NCBI GenBank assembly: GCA_963667725.2
Contig: CAXXHO010000005.1
Location: forward strand, 704,001 to 768,000
Direction: 5' to 3'
Length of the DNA: 64,000 bases
Origin: Treponemataceae bacterium
Lineage (GTDB): Bacteria; Spirochaetota; Spirochaetia; Treponematales; Rectinemataceae
The translations under genes and the position numbers were made by a program. The notes beneath the pieces are model-generated. The model had not been told where the DNA came from and searched no databases. It saw nothing but the letters and a program-made list of their open reading frames with translations. Shown piece by piece: positions 31,575-41,257 of this stretch (position 1 is its first letter; every line of letters starts with the position of its first letter).

Positions 31575-33596
31575 CTATATCAAGCGCAATTTTCGGTATG
31601 CATCCCATACAGCATCAATGACTTTCCCCGGTTTTACACAATCGCCAACAAACAGTATGTCAGTTTCTTTCGAGTTCAAATAATCAAAACTTAAAGGATT
31701 TGCTTCTAATCCGACACATACAACAATTTTATCCACTTTAAGGCTCCACTTTACCCCATCAGATACTTCACAATTAACAATAGTATTATCAATTGCTACT
31801 ACATTCGTATTCACATGAATCGAAATCTTGTATTTGTTTAGTAACAATAATAAATGCTCTCTATTCGCCCTAAAAGAATCCTTTGCAATTAATGTGTCAC
31901 TCTCTATTAAATACACCTCACCTCCGTTCTGCGCCATATTAATTGCAGCTTCGACTCCAATTAATCCACCACCTATTACTGCGTATTTCCCCTCAAATTG
32001 CCTAGAGGTAAAGCATTCAAGTGGCTTAAGACAGTTAGATTCTTTAATCCCTTTAATATTCGTCTCTTTAAATGTAGCACCTGTTGCGATAACAACGAGA
32101 TTCGGCTTATACACAGTATAGTCGGATTCACTAAAAACATGACCGGTCATGACGTTTACTCCAAGTTTAGTTAACTTGTTTACTAAATATCTTATATACA
32201 TATGATAATCATACTTAAATTTTGGCAGATATCGCTCTTGAAAATTTCCTCCTAAAGTATCGCTTTGTTCAATTAGAAGTACACTGTGTCCTCGAGTTGC
32301 GGCGACAATGGCTGAAACCATACCTGCAACTCCGCCTCCAACGATGATTACTCTTTTAGTAACATTCGCTCTAGTAACCGATAGATATTTTTCGTTTCCG
32401 GCAGCAGGATTCACTGCACAACTAATACTCTTAAAATCAACTATCCGACGTAAACACCCTTCGTGACAACCAATACATGGCATTATCTCGTCTATTCGAT
32501 TCTCTTTTACTTTATTAGCCCATTCAGGATCAACAATGAGTGGACGTCCAATTGCAACAAAGTCAGCTTGGTTTCTTGTTAAAATATCCTCCGCTACTTC
32601 AGGGTAATTTATCTTACCACTTATAATTACTGGAATACTTACTACAGATTTCACTCTGGCAACTAAAGAAGCTAAAAATCCTGAAGGCATAGTTGTTGGC
32701 GGATGAGCTAAATACCATGTTTCGTAGCACCCCGCATCTATATCTAATGCTGCAACCCCATAATTCTCCAATAATATTGCCATTTCCAAACCTTCTTCGA
32801 TGCTTCTTCCCCCATCAACGAAATGACTTAGGCCGTATCGATAAATAATAGGAAACTCTTCACCTGCACCTCTTTTTATTGATTCAATGATTTCTTTTAT
32901 AAAACGCAGCCTATTTTCAAGAGTGCCACCATATTCATCTGTCCTAAAATTCCACAGAGATGTAGTGAACTGGTCCATTAGGTACCCTTCATGCCCATGT
33001 AGCTCTATTGCATCAGCACCCGCAGTCTTTATGATTGATGCGGATTCTTGAAAAGCTTTTAAAAAGACATTCATGTCATTTTTTGTAAGCTCTCTACAAA
33101 ATTTATATGGGGGGATGCGGCATTTTATCTTAGAAGGAGCTATTGCCAGTCCATGCTCTTGTACGAAAGGACCTGCTTGCCTTCCTCCACCCAAAGTTAA
33201 CTGAATCGCTAATTTTGCTCCATGATCATGGCAACGTTCGGCAAGCTCATTTATCCACCCGGTGTGTATCTTATGGTCAGCGAAAGCCATCCACAATGGA
33301 ATCGTGTCCTTCGATCTTTCGAATTCTCTTGTAACCCTGACCGCCCCAGTTATTATCAAACCTGTTCCGCCTCTGGCTCTCTCTGTGAAATATTCTATTC
33401 CTCGTTCTGAAAGACACCCATCTGAGTTATTTAGCGCGCCAACATTCATCGGAGCCATCACGACACGGTTCCTCAGTGTCAGATTTCCCATCTTTCCTTG
33501 CTGCAAAAGAAGATGCGTCTCCACGTCATTGTGAGATGAGTTTTTAACATCTGCTTTTGAGTGCTCTAAAGCATCTATATTAAAACTAATACCCAC
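31575..33596 (-). CDS. NADH:flavin oxidoreductase (old yellow enzyme / enoate reductase family)
   Basis: NRVVMAPM, ELHGHEGYL, RTDEYGG, CIGCHEGC..CAVNP Fe-S motif, two GxGxxG motifs. Confidence 0.88.
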   Translation of the reverse strand: MGISFNIDALEHSKADVKNSSHNDVETHLLLQQGKMGNLTLRNRVVMAPMNVGALNNSDGCLSERGIEYFTERARGGTGLIITGAVRVTREFERSKDTIPLWMAFADHKIHTGWINELAERCHDHGAKLAIQLTLGGGRQAGPFVQEHGLAIAPSKIKCRIPPYKFCRELTKNDMNVFLKAFQESASIIKTAGADAIELHGHEGYLMDQFTTSLWNFRTDEYGGTLENRLRFIKEIIESIKRGAGEEFPIIYRYGLSHFVDGGRSIEEGLEMAILLENYGVAALDIDAGCYETWYLAHPPTTMPSGFLASLVARVKSVVSIPVIISGKINYPEVAEDILTRNQADFVAIGRPLIVDPEWANKVKENRIDEIMPCIGCHEGCLRRIVDFKSISCAVNPAAGNEKYLSVTRANVTKRVIIVGGGVAGMVSAIVAATRGHSVLLIEQSDTLGGNFQERYLPKFKYDYHMYIRYLVNKLTKLGVNVMTGHVFSESDYTVYKPNLVVIATGATFKETNIKGIKESNCLKPLECFTSRQFEGKYAVIGGGLIGVEAAINMAQNGGEVYLIESDTLIAKDSFRANREHLLLLLNKYKISIHVNTNVVAIDNTIVNCEVSDGVKWSLKVDKIVVCVGLEANPLSFDYLNSKETDILFVGDCVKPGKVIDAVWDAYRKLRLI

Positions 33597-33677
33597 GACA
33601 GCCTCCTAGAAATTTGCTCATCACCGTTGTATAAATAGTGATGATGAATGTAAATTGCCTTTTCTATCTGCGTCTTC

Positions 33678-34352
33678 TGAGACTTATCCGATTTAGTGGA
33701 GAGTCAACAACCACCACCAGAGGTGGTGGCTTGAAGATTAATGGCCTCTAAAAGAGGCCATAGTTTTTTGCGCTGTCTTCTTCCAATCTTTCGTTATCTT
33801 CTTGGTATTTCACATACCGTTAGATTTTTTCCTCATCCATCCCTATCGTTGTAACACAGTATCCCCTACTCCAGAAATGATTGCCCCAGTAAGGCTTTTT
33901 CTTCAATCCTGAGCGCCCCTTGAACAACGCTATTGCGGTTTACCTTTCAGTATTTCCATCACTTCAGGTATCGATTCTCTCGGCAGTATTGTTGCCACCA
34001 TATGCACATGATCTTTCATCACGTTTAGTTCTAATACTTCAATATCTTTCCATTCACATATCGTTCGTATTTTATCTTCCACTGCTTTTGCGACATCACC
34101 TTCCAAAATCCTATACCTATATTTGGGTGTCCATACAACGTGGTAGCTGCATTGGTAGACGACATGCGCTAGCTTTTTCCATTTCGCCATGATGTATTTT
34201 AGCCTCATGCTATCTGAAGGCATAGCCAGTCAGCACATTACCACCGCCATAGACAGTGGGTTTCGGAGGCAAACTAAATTAAGCCTATACGAAAATAAAA
34301 AGTAGGAGAGGATATGGAAACAAAAAAAAGACCTACACAGAAGAGTTCAAGC
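33678..34352 (+). mobile_element. Possible IS3-family left-end remnant interrupted by the IS200 element
   Basis: TG-starting end TGAGACTTATCCGATTTAGTGGAGAG; after the IS200 an RBS precedes a frameshifted METK..TYTEEFK OrfA-like start. Confidence 0.4.
33748..34190 (-). pseudogene. tnpA: IS200/IS605 TnpA (Y1 HUH) transposase, frameshifted with an internal stop
   Basis: YHVVWTPKYR, DHVHM, then frame change to FWSRGYCVTT..EKI*RYVKYQ; hairpins near 33709-33732 and 34240-34262. Confidence 0.85.
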
Positions 34353-34377
34353 GTAATTTTGACCACTTATTCACCCG

Positions 34378-35112
34378 CTAGATACTGAATAGCTTCTGGG
34401 CCTCAATGTAACTGCTTAAGGAACCAATATCATAACGTTTGCCTTCGAATTGATAAGCGTGGACTTGCATTTCTTTTACAATCCAAGCGACAAATTGACC
34501 GGGAGCATCGGCATTTTGACCTGTGCTTAGGAATTCTTGTACCCTCTTTATTGTCGCTTTAGTATAGATGTAGAAAGGAGGTACCGCGTTGTTCGATCGA
34601 GGCTTTAAAGGTTTTTCTTCGAATGAAAGAACCTTGTCTTTCGGGCTAAGTTCAGCCACCCCCGTCTTTTGGAGCGCTTCGAGGCTTTCTTCATAATAAG
34701 TCGTGATACAGTCAGCTTGGACGTCATTGAAGAAGGATGTAAAATCTTTCAAGCTGAAGTCGAAAAGATTATCTCCCGCCAGTACCATTACATCATCGTC
34801 GATCTTAGCTCGCTCTATAGCGAGCGATAAATCGGCAATAGCGCCAAGGCGATGTTCATTGTCCCATGTTCCATCATCAAGGACTGATATAGGCTTTTTG
34901 CCTTTGTACCCAGAAAGAAAAGCGTTGAACTGTCCAGCGAATTTTGCGTTTGAGACCAGTAATACCTCATCGACTTCAAGTACTTCTTCTACCTTTACGA
35001 GGATGTGCTCCAAAATTGTCTTACCTGCTACAACAAGAAGACTCTTGGGCAAATCCTTCGTAAGAGGATACAAACGAGTCGCATAACCCGCGGCGAGAAT
35101 CACGCATTTCAT
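34378..35112 (-). CDS. Sugar-1-phosphate nucleotidyltransferase
   Basis: ILAAGYATRLYPLT..PK, AGDNLF, FEEKP, RYDIG. Confidence 0.85.
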   Translation of the reverse strand: MKCVILAAGYATRLYPLTKDLPKSLLVVAGKTILEHILVKVEEVLEVDEVLLVSNAKFAGQFNAFLSGYKGKKPISVLDDGTWDNEHRLGAIADLSLAIERAKIDDDVMVLAGDNLFDFSLKDFTSFFNDVQADCITTYYEESLEALQKTGVAELSPKDKVLSFEEKPLKPRSNNAVPPFYIYTKATIKRVQEFLSTGQNADAPGQFVAWIVKEMQVHAYQFEGKRYDIGSLSSYIEAQKLFSI

Positions 35113-35116
35113 CGCT

Positions 35117-36316
35117 TCAATCCTTTACACCGCATTTTGTTATATAGGATGCCCCATCTGCGGTCTTGCAGAAATATACTTTGTACTCTTCAGCATATTG
35201 TGGATGCTTTGCGGGATATACCTTGGCGATACGCCCCTCAACCTCTTCGTGGCAGGAAGGATCGATCATTCCAATACAACAACCCCTGTACCCCGCCCCG
35301 CTGAAACGGGCTCCATAGACACCAGGGATGCTTTTCAAGGTATCGAAGATTGTGATGAGCTCGGGAGATCCGCACTGATAGTCGTGCACCGAACTCTCGC
35401 CCGATTCCACCATCAGCTTTCCAAAGGTCTTGATATCCCCCTGTTTCCAGGCTTCGGTGCCATCGATCACCCGTTGATTCTCGGTAAAATAATGCTTCGC
35501 TCTTCGTCCAAATCTTCCTGGGAGTGAATTCCTATGCGCCGCCCACTCATCGCGCGTCACGCTGTGCAACATGATATCTTTGTAAGGTGTCGTTGCTCCT
35601 CGGGATAGCTCCTGCAATAACGACGCCGCTATCTTGCACTCGTCCACCCGGTTGTTGTAGTCGGTGCCGATGAGCGCTTTCGTAAAGCCGGAGTTTACGA
35701 TGACAACCTCGAACTCAGGCATGGAGGGACTCTTGGGAATAAGTTCCCACTCGCTTGTGGCGCAGTCCATTCTCATCAAATAACCATCTTTGCTAAGAAT
35801 ATTGGCCGATTGGTCCAGGATACCATTCTTTAGCCCTATAAAGGCTGTCTCCACCCAGTGGCTGTATTGAATAAGCTTTTCTTTGGGAATCTCAATGCCG
35901 TTGACATCGGCTAACGCCATTAAATAAGCAGTCGTTACCGCCGCCGAGGAACTCAATCCCCCCATGGGAAGACGGCCGCGTATCACCGCCTTCAAGCCCT
36001 TCCTGAACTTAAAATCCCGCGAAAGCGAAAGCACCGAACCCCTGATGTAATTGCCCCAGAACCCTGGGAGCATCTCCGGTACCTGATCGATATGAAAGTA
36101 TTCCTCGTCCGGGAAATCCATGCTCTGGATTTTCACGAAACCCGCATCGTCGGGCGCGTAGAGCAAATCCACGTTCACGTCCAAAGCCATGCCTGTGACC
36201 AGTCCGCCCTGGTGATCTATATGCGCCCCAAGGGGACAAATCCTCAAAGGAGAACGAATCTGGCCGCAGTGGGGAAAGCCGAAGATGTCTATGAACTGGC
36301 GCGCGATCGTATCCAT
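35117..36316 (-). CDS. GHMP sugar kinase, galacturonokinase-like
   Basis: RICPLGAHIDHQGG, GLSSSAA, NGILDQ, GARFSGAGYRGCC. Confidence 0.8.
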   Translation of the reverse strand: MDTIARQFIDIFGFPHCGQIRSPLRICPLGAHIDHQGGLVTGMALDVNVDLLYAPDDAGFVKIQSMDFPDEEYFHIDQVPEMLPGFWGNYIRGSVLSLSRDFKFRKGLKAVIRGRLPMGGLSSSAAVTTAYLMALADVNGIEIPKEKLIQYSHWVETAFIGLKNGILDQSANILSKDGYLMRMDCATSEWELIPKSPSMPEFEVVIVNSGFTKALIGTDYNNRVDECKIAASLLQELSRGATTPYKDIMLHSVTRDEWAAHRNSLPGRFGRRAKHYFTENQRVIDGTEAWKQGDIKTFGKLMVESGESSVHDYQCGSPELITIFDTLKSIPGVYGARFSGAGYRGCCIGMIDPSCHEEVEGRIAKVYPAKHPQYAEEYKVYFCKTADGASYITKCGVKD

Positions 36317-36319
36317 ATG

Positions 36320-36335
36320 ATCCTGTTATCCTGTC
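36320..36335. repeat. Isolated terminal arm of the long palindromic element
   Basis: ATCCTGTTATCCTGTC between the epimerase stop and the kinase start. Confidence 0.7.
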
Positions 36336-37389
36336 AAAATTGCTTATAATGCGAAGCAAACCACTCAACGAAGCGCTTTAAACCTTCGGCAATGCTTGTG
36401 TGGGGTATCCATTGCACCGTGCTTTCAAGATCGTCGATCTCGGCTTCCGTGGCGTACACATCGCCCGGCTGCATCGGAAGGTACTTCTTTATGGCCACCT
36501 TCCCGATCGCCTTTTCCAGCTCCTCGATGAAGACCGAAAGCCGTTCCGAATGATTGTTGCCTATATTGAAGACCCTGTAAGGCGCCCTCGACCGGGAAGG
36601 ATCGGGATTCGCGGGATCCCAGGCCTTATCCCCTTGGGGGATTTTATCGGCTATGCGGAGAATACCCTCGACGATGTCGTCGACATAGGTAAAATCCCTC
36701 CACATATCCCCATTGTTGTAGATATCGATCGAGCGACCCTCGACGATAGCCTTCGCGAATTTGAAATAAGCCATATCGGGGCGGCCCCAGGGACCATAGA
36801 CCGTAAAAAACCGCAGACCCGTCGTCGGCAATCCATAGAGATGACTGTAGCTATGAGCCATGAGCTCGTTCGACTTCTTGGTAGCGGCATAGAGGCTTAC
36901 CGGATGATCAGTATGATCTTTCGTGCTGAAAGGCCTCGTGTCGTTGAGGCCATAGACCGAGGAACTCGACGCGTACACAAGATGGGAAACCTTCGCGTGC
37001 CTGCAAGCCTCGAGCATGTTCAGGAACCCTACGATATTCGAATCGATATACTCGCGGGGATGATCGATGCTGTACCGAACCCCAGCCTGAGCGGCGAGAT
37101 GAATGACCCTGTCGAAGGCAAATTCCTTGAAGAGCGACTCGATCGCGGCCTGGTCCTCAAGCTTCATCCGGATGAAACGCATATTTGGGTACGCGGCGCT
37201 GTGTACGGCCTTTCCCCAGACTTCCGCTTCCCTATTGATCCCCAACTCCGCGAGACGGGCGAACTTGAGCTCCGGATCATAGTAACTGTTGATGGCGTCG
37301 ATCCCGACGACGGAATCACCGCGCTCTAAAAGCCTCTTCGTCGTATGAAAACCTATAAATCCGGCCGCGCCGGTCAACAATATTCGCAT
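36334..37389 (-). CDS. UDP-glucuronate 4-epimerase
   Basis: GAAGFIG, LAAQAGVRYS, YASSSSVYG, SLYAATKK, RFFTVYGPWGRPDMA. Confidence 0.92.
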   Translation of the reverse strand: MRILLTGAAGFIGFHTTKRLLERGDSVVGIDAINSYYDPELKFARLAELGINREAEVWGKAVHSAAYPNMRFIRMKLEDQAAIESLFKEFAFDRVIHLAAQAGVRYSIDHPREYIDSNIVGFLNMLEACRHAKVSHLVYASSSSVYGLNDTRPFSTKDHTDHPVSLYAATKKSNELMAHSYSHLYGLPTTGLRFFTVYGPWGRPDMAYFKFAKAIVEGRSIDIYNNGDMWRDFTYVDDIVEGILRIADKIPQGDKAWDPANPDPSRSRAPYRVFNIGNNHSERLSVFIEELEKAIGKVAIKKYLPMQPGDVYATEAEIDDLESTVQWIPHTSIAEGLKRFVEWFASHYKQF

Positions 37390-37392
37390 TCG

Positions 37393-38736
37393 CTATCTCC
37401 CGACGCCGATGTAGGCAAATCCCAGAGCCTCAGCCTGAGCGCGGTCGTAAATATTCCTGAAATCGAAAAGCACGGGCGTCTTCAGAAGGCGCTTTACCTT
37501 GGCAAGGTCCAGGTTCCGGAATTGGTTCCACTCCGTAAGGATGACGAGAGCGTCGGCATCCTTCATTGTGTCGTATTCTCCCGCGCAGTAGGTGACATGA
37601 TCATCGATAGCCTGAAGCCTCCAGGAAGCCTCTTTCATCGCCTCCGGATCGTAGGCTTTGATCCTGGCTCCCTTGGACACCAGGGCGGCAAGGATCGCGA
37701 GGGCTGGGGCTTCGCGCATGTCGTCCGTGTTGGGCTTGAAAGCAAGACCAAGGACAGCCAGCTTCTTCCCCTTCAATGACCCGAGCGCCGCTTCGATCTT
37801 GTCCACCATGCGCAGCTTTTGGGCTTCGTTCGCCAGGATCGTCGCTTCCACTACCTTCAGGGGGCTATCGTTCTTTCGCGCGATATCGGCGAGCGCCTTC
37901 GTGTCCTTAGGGAAACAGGAACCTCCGTAACCGGGACCAGGATGGAGGAATTTGGCCCCGATGCGGCCATCCTTCCCCATCGCCGTGGCGACGGCTTTGA
38001 CGTCGGCGCCCACCTTCTCGCAGAGATTCGCTATCTCGTTGATGAAGGTTATCTTGACCGCCAAAAAGGCGTTGGACGCGTACTTGATCATCTCGGCCGA
38101 CTCGAGATTGGTCTCGATGAAGGGCGTCTCGTTGAGATACAGCACCCGGTAGATCGCGCGCATCGCCTCGCGGGCCTTGTCCGACTCTATGCCGAGCACG
38201 ACCCTATCCGGATGCATGAAATCGTAGACCGCCGACCCTTCGCGAAGGAATTCGGGGTTGGACACGACATCGAAGTCATGCGAGAGCGCGCTAGAGGGGC
38301 TTTGGAGCGCCCGGGCGGCCAACTCTTCGGCGATCCACTTTTTGACAAGCCTTCCGGTACCGATGGGCACCGTGCTCTTGTCGACCACCACTCGATAGCT
38401 GTCTATCGTGCGGCCGATAGTCCGCGCGGCTTCCTCGACATAGCGAAGATCGGCAGAACCATCGTCCGAGGGGGGCGTTCCCACCGCTATGAATATAACT
38501 TCCGCCGCCTGGATAGCTTGGGACGCGTCGGTAGTGAAAGAAAGGCGTTCGGCGGCCACGTTCCGCGCCACCACATCGGAGAGCCCCGGCTCGAAGATGG
38601 GGATTTGTCCTGCCCGAAGGCTTTCGATTTTTTTCTCGTCGACGTCGACGCAGGTTACCGTGTTGCCGAAATCGGCCAGGCAGGCGCCCGACACGAGACC
38701 GACATAGCCGGTACCGATTACCGCGATTGATGCCAT
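37393..38736 (-). CDS. ugd: UDP-glucose 6-dehydrogenase
   Basis: GTGYVG, KSTVP, NPEFLREG, GYGGSCFPKD, AFKPNTDDMRE. Confidence 0.95.
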   Translation of the reverse strand: MASIAVIGTGYVGLVSGACLADFGNTVTCVDVDEKKIESLRAGQIPIFEPGLSDVVARNVAAERLSFTTDASQAIQAAEVIFIAVGTPPSDDGSADLRYVEEAARTIGRTIDSYRVVVDKSTVPIGTGRLVKKWIAEELAARALQSPSSALSHDFDVVSNPEFLREGSAVYDFMHPDRVVLGIESDKAREAMRAIYRVLYLNETPFIETNLESAEMIKYASNAFLAVKITFINEIANLCEKVGADVKAVATAMGKDGRIGAKFLHPGPGYGGSCFPKDTKALADIARKNDSPLKVVEATILANEAQKLRMVDKIEAALGSLKGKKLAVLGLAFKPNTDDMREAPALAILAALVSKGARIKAYDPEAMKEASWRLQAIDDHVTYCAGEYDTMKDADALVILTEWNQFRNLDLAKVKRLLKTPVLFDFRNIYDRAQAEALGFAYIGVGR

Positions 38737-38747
38737 AACACTTCCTA

Positions 38748-38807
38748 GACAGGATAACAGGAGGTGCGGGATTTACGGGTAAATCTTGGGGGTCCTGTTA
38801 TCCTGTC
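38748..38807 (+). repeat. Long palindromic element L1 (60 bp, minimal form)
   Basis: GACAGGATAACAGGA...TCCTGTTATCCTGTC; followed by a degenerate short palindrome at 38817-38843. Confidence 0.9.
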
Positions 38808-39057
38808 CTATTGTATAAAGTTTTAAAATGGGTTCTGCCCCATCTTGGTGTAGCGTAGTGTATTTTTTTGAATCAAAGTCAGTGGCTTTATGCGTTCTCC
38901 AGATAAAGGAGCCTCACATCATAGGCATTTTTATTATTAGAATTCTAAAGCTTGACAATACTTTGGCGAGCCCTTACCCTTCATTGTATAAGAGCCAGAG
39001 CCATAAGGGTTTATATAAACATCGCAAGGTGTCCCTTTTGGCTCTATTTTTTTCCCT

Positions 39058-39527
39058 GATGAAGTCCACCGATGAAATATATCGTTCTCAAAGCCTGTAT
39101 CGGGAACAGTATTGGATCTCTCCAAAACACCCACATTCCTGGCAAATAAGCAAAGGCTCGAAGCCTTGAAACGAACCGATTATTTTGCCGTACGCGAAGG
39201 CCGCCTGACGATGAATGGATGGAAACTCAAGCAATCGGCAATTGGAAAAGCGGCGGCAGATCTCACCGATAGCGATTTTTCACCCGATATTCAGCAAAAA
39301 GGCGTGGACATGAAAATCGGTCTCGATATCGCTTGGATCAGTTTCAACAAGATCGCGGAAAGGATTCTTGTCATTACCGAGATTCCGATTTCATCCCCGC
39401 GATTAAATTGGCGCGACGTAATGGAATTCAAGTGTATCTTTTCACGCTCGCCCATGGAGTCACCCACGAACTCACCGAACATTCGGATCGATTAGTCGTC
39501 TCAGCGATTGATTCCCATTCGATTTGA
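39058..39527 (+). pseudogene. NYN (PIN-like) domain protein, 5'-truncated and frameshifted
   Basis: QQKGVDMKIGLDIA, then a frame change to DSDFIPAIKLARRNG. Confidence 0.8.
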
Positions 39528-39723
39528 TTCCATAGCTTCGCCCTCCAGCCGTGTGGCTGGATCCTCCAAAAACAGAGGTTTTGGCGCCGTTGCGCATCGA
39601 TCGCGGCCGGAACACGCTGATCGTTCGCTCTACGGTTCAATGTTCAGTCTTTGAACATTCTATGAACAGTATCGGCATGACGCAAGGGCTGGCACAAAAA
39701 TATTTTATGTTTCAGGTGGGGAG

Positions 39724-39838
39724 GACGGGATAACGGGATGAGCAGGATTTACGGGAAAAGGATTTAGGTAAAGAGATGAAATTTCGATTCTTTACCTTAA
39801 ATCTTACATGTCGATCCTGGAGGTCCTGTTATCCTGTC
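39724..39838 (+). repeat. Long palindromic element L2 (115 bp)
   Basis: GACGGGATAACGGGA..GCAGGATTTACGGG..GGTCCTGTTATCCTGTC; short palindrome abuts at 39840-39874. Confidence 0.9.
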
Positions 39839-39930
39839 TAAAAATTTAAAAAATAGAGGTCTGACCCATTTTTCGACTTCTTTGCGCGAAAAATATGTAC
39901 ATTACTGAACAATAGTGTATAGTAAAGCCG

Positions 39931-40551
39931 ATGAAATTCAATGAAATCGTGCGATTATTCGCGGACCGGGCCTGGTTTGACTTCGAGATGGTCCACCTTA
40001 TCTCGGGCGAAGCCTCGGCCTGCGTGCATACGGAACTGTACCGATGGCGGGAATCGGGCAAACTGATCGAACTGCGGCGAGGCCTATTCGCCCTGGCCGA
40101 ACCCTGGAGACATTCGCCCGTCGATGGAGCCTGCCTGGCCGAAGCCCTGTACCCGCCCTCCTACCTATCGGGAACCTGGGCCCTGCGGCGCTATGGACTG
40201 CTTCGCGGCCCGGAAGGCGGCCGCCCGGAGTTCGACTCCGTGACGGCGCGCCCCGCCAAGACCTTCGAAAACACCTTTGGCCGCTATACCTACACCACCT
40301 TCCCCCGCGACCTCCTCTTTGGCACCAAAACCGAGCTGATTGACGGGAAAAGAGTACGGATAACCCTCCCCGAGAAAGCCCTTCTGGACTACTGGTTCAT
40401 CGAAGGCGGGGACTGGGACGAAGAGCGGATAAAGAACGCGGGATTGAGTCGCGGGCCGCTGGATAGGGATAGGATGGAGGCGATGGCGGCGCGCGCGGGC
40501 CGGCCACGGCTCGCGCGCGCCACCGGAGCCTTCCTGAGGGCAGCCCTATGA
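39931..40551 (+). CDS. AbiEi-like type IV antitoxin / transcriptional regulator
   Basis: RWRESGKLIELRRGLF, PSYLSGTWALRRYGL, F.NTFGRY.Y, PEKALLDY. Confidence 0.7.
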   Translation: MKFNEIVRLFADRAWFDFEMVHLISGEASACVHTELYRWRESGKLIELRRGLFALAEPWRHSPVDGACLAEALYPPSYLSGTWALRRYGLLRGPEGGRPEFDSVTARPAKTFENTFGRYTYTTFPRDLLFGTKTELIDGKRVRITLPEKALLDYWFIEGGDWDEERIKNAGLSRGPLDRDRMEAMAARAGRPRLARATGAFLRAAL

Positions 40552-41024
40552 TACGAGAAGAAATCCTCGAGATAGCCGATAAAGCCGAAACGCCTGAAGA
40601 AAAACTTTGCGCGATACGAGCATGCATCCAAGCCGCGGCGCTCCGCTCGCTGCACGAACTGGGAGCCTTCGAAAAACTCTGCCTGACCGGAGAAAGCGCC
40701 CGCCACTTCGCCACCGGAACGCCAGACTACATAACCGACCTCGAATTCAGCCTCGTGGACAAGAAAGGTTACAAACCCGAACAGTGGCTCTTCGCGGTCA
40801 AGCGCCGCCTGCGCTTCATGGGACTCGATCCCCGCATCGCCTTCGCGAGGAAAGCATCCATCCACGCAGGCTGGGTGAAAGTGACCGGCCTCCTCGCCGA
40901 AGAAGTCGGCTTCAGGATCACCATCAATATCGCCCCGATAGAACCCGCGCTGTGCACCGTGAAACTCGTGGACATGGCGGGAGAGTATTTTGGCATTCGG
41001 TATGTAACTTCCTGTCGGTCCTGA
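40548..41024 (+). pseudogene. AbiEii-like nucleotidyltransferase toxin, short and degenerate
   Basis: ATGA overlap with the AbiEi-like gene; GESARHF..DYITDLEFSL resembles GGTALR..SEDLDFS; stop lies inside a repeat arm. Confidence 0.55.
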
Positions 41025-41042
41025 GGGTCCTGTTATCCTGTC
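41009..41042 (+). repeat. Isolated right arm of the long element
   Basis: TTCCTGTCGGTCCTGAGGGTCCTGTTATCCTGTC. Confidence 0.85.
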
Positions 41043-41063
41043 TTTATAGTTATTCCCTTAAGC

Positions 41064-41187
41064 GACAGGATAACAGGAGAAGCAGGATTTACGGAAGAAA
41101 GATTTAGGTAAAGAGAAGATAAGAAGGAAAGAGGATTCTTTAATAAAAGCTTATTCCTGTAGGTCCTGACGGTCCTGTTATCCTGTC
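41064..41187 (+). repeat. Long palindromic element L3 (124 bp)
   Basis: Same termini and core; short palindrome variant abuts at 41189-41216. Confidence 0.92.
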
Positions 41188-41257
41188 TAAAAGTTAAAAA
41201 ACAGGGTTTGATCCCGAATCCGCGAAGTGGTGGCTTTGTGCCACCTTGTCTCGGACT

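Noticed and set aside
33748..34190. IS200 TnpA as mobiliser of the palindromic repeats
   Set aside because: It is a pseudogene with its own unrelated terminal hairpins and no adjacent copy of either repeat.
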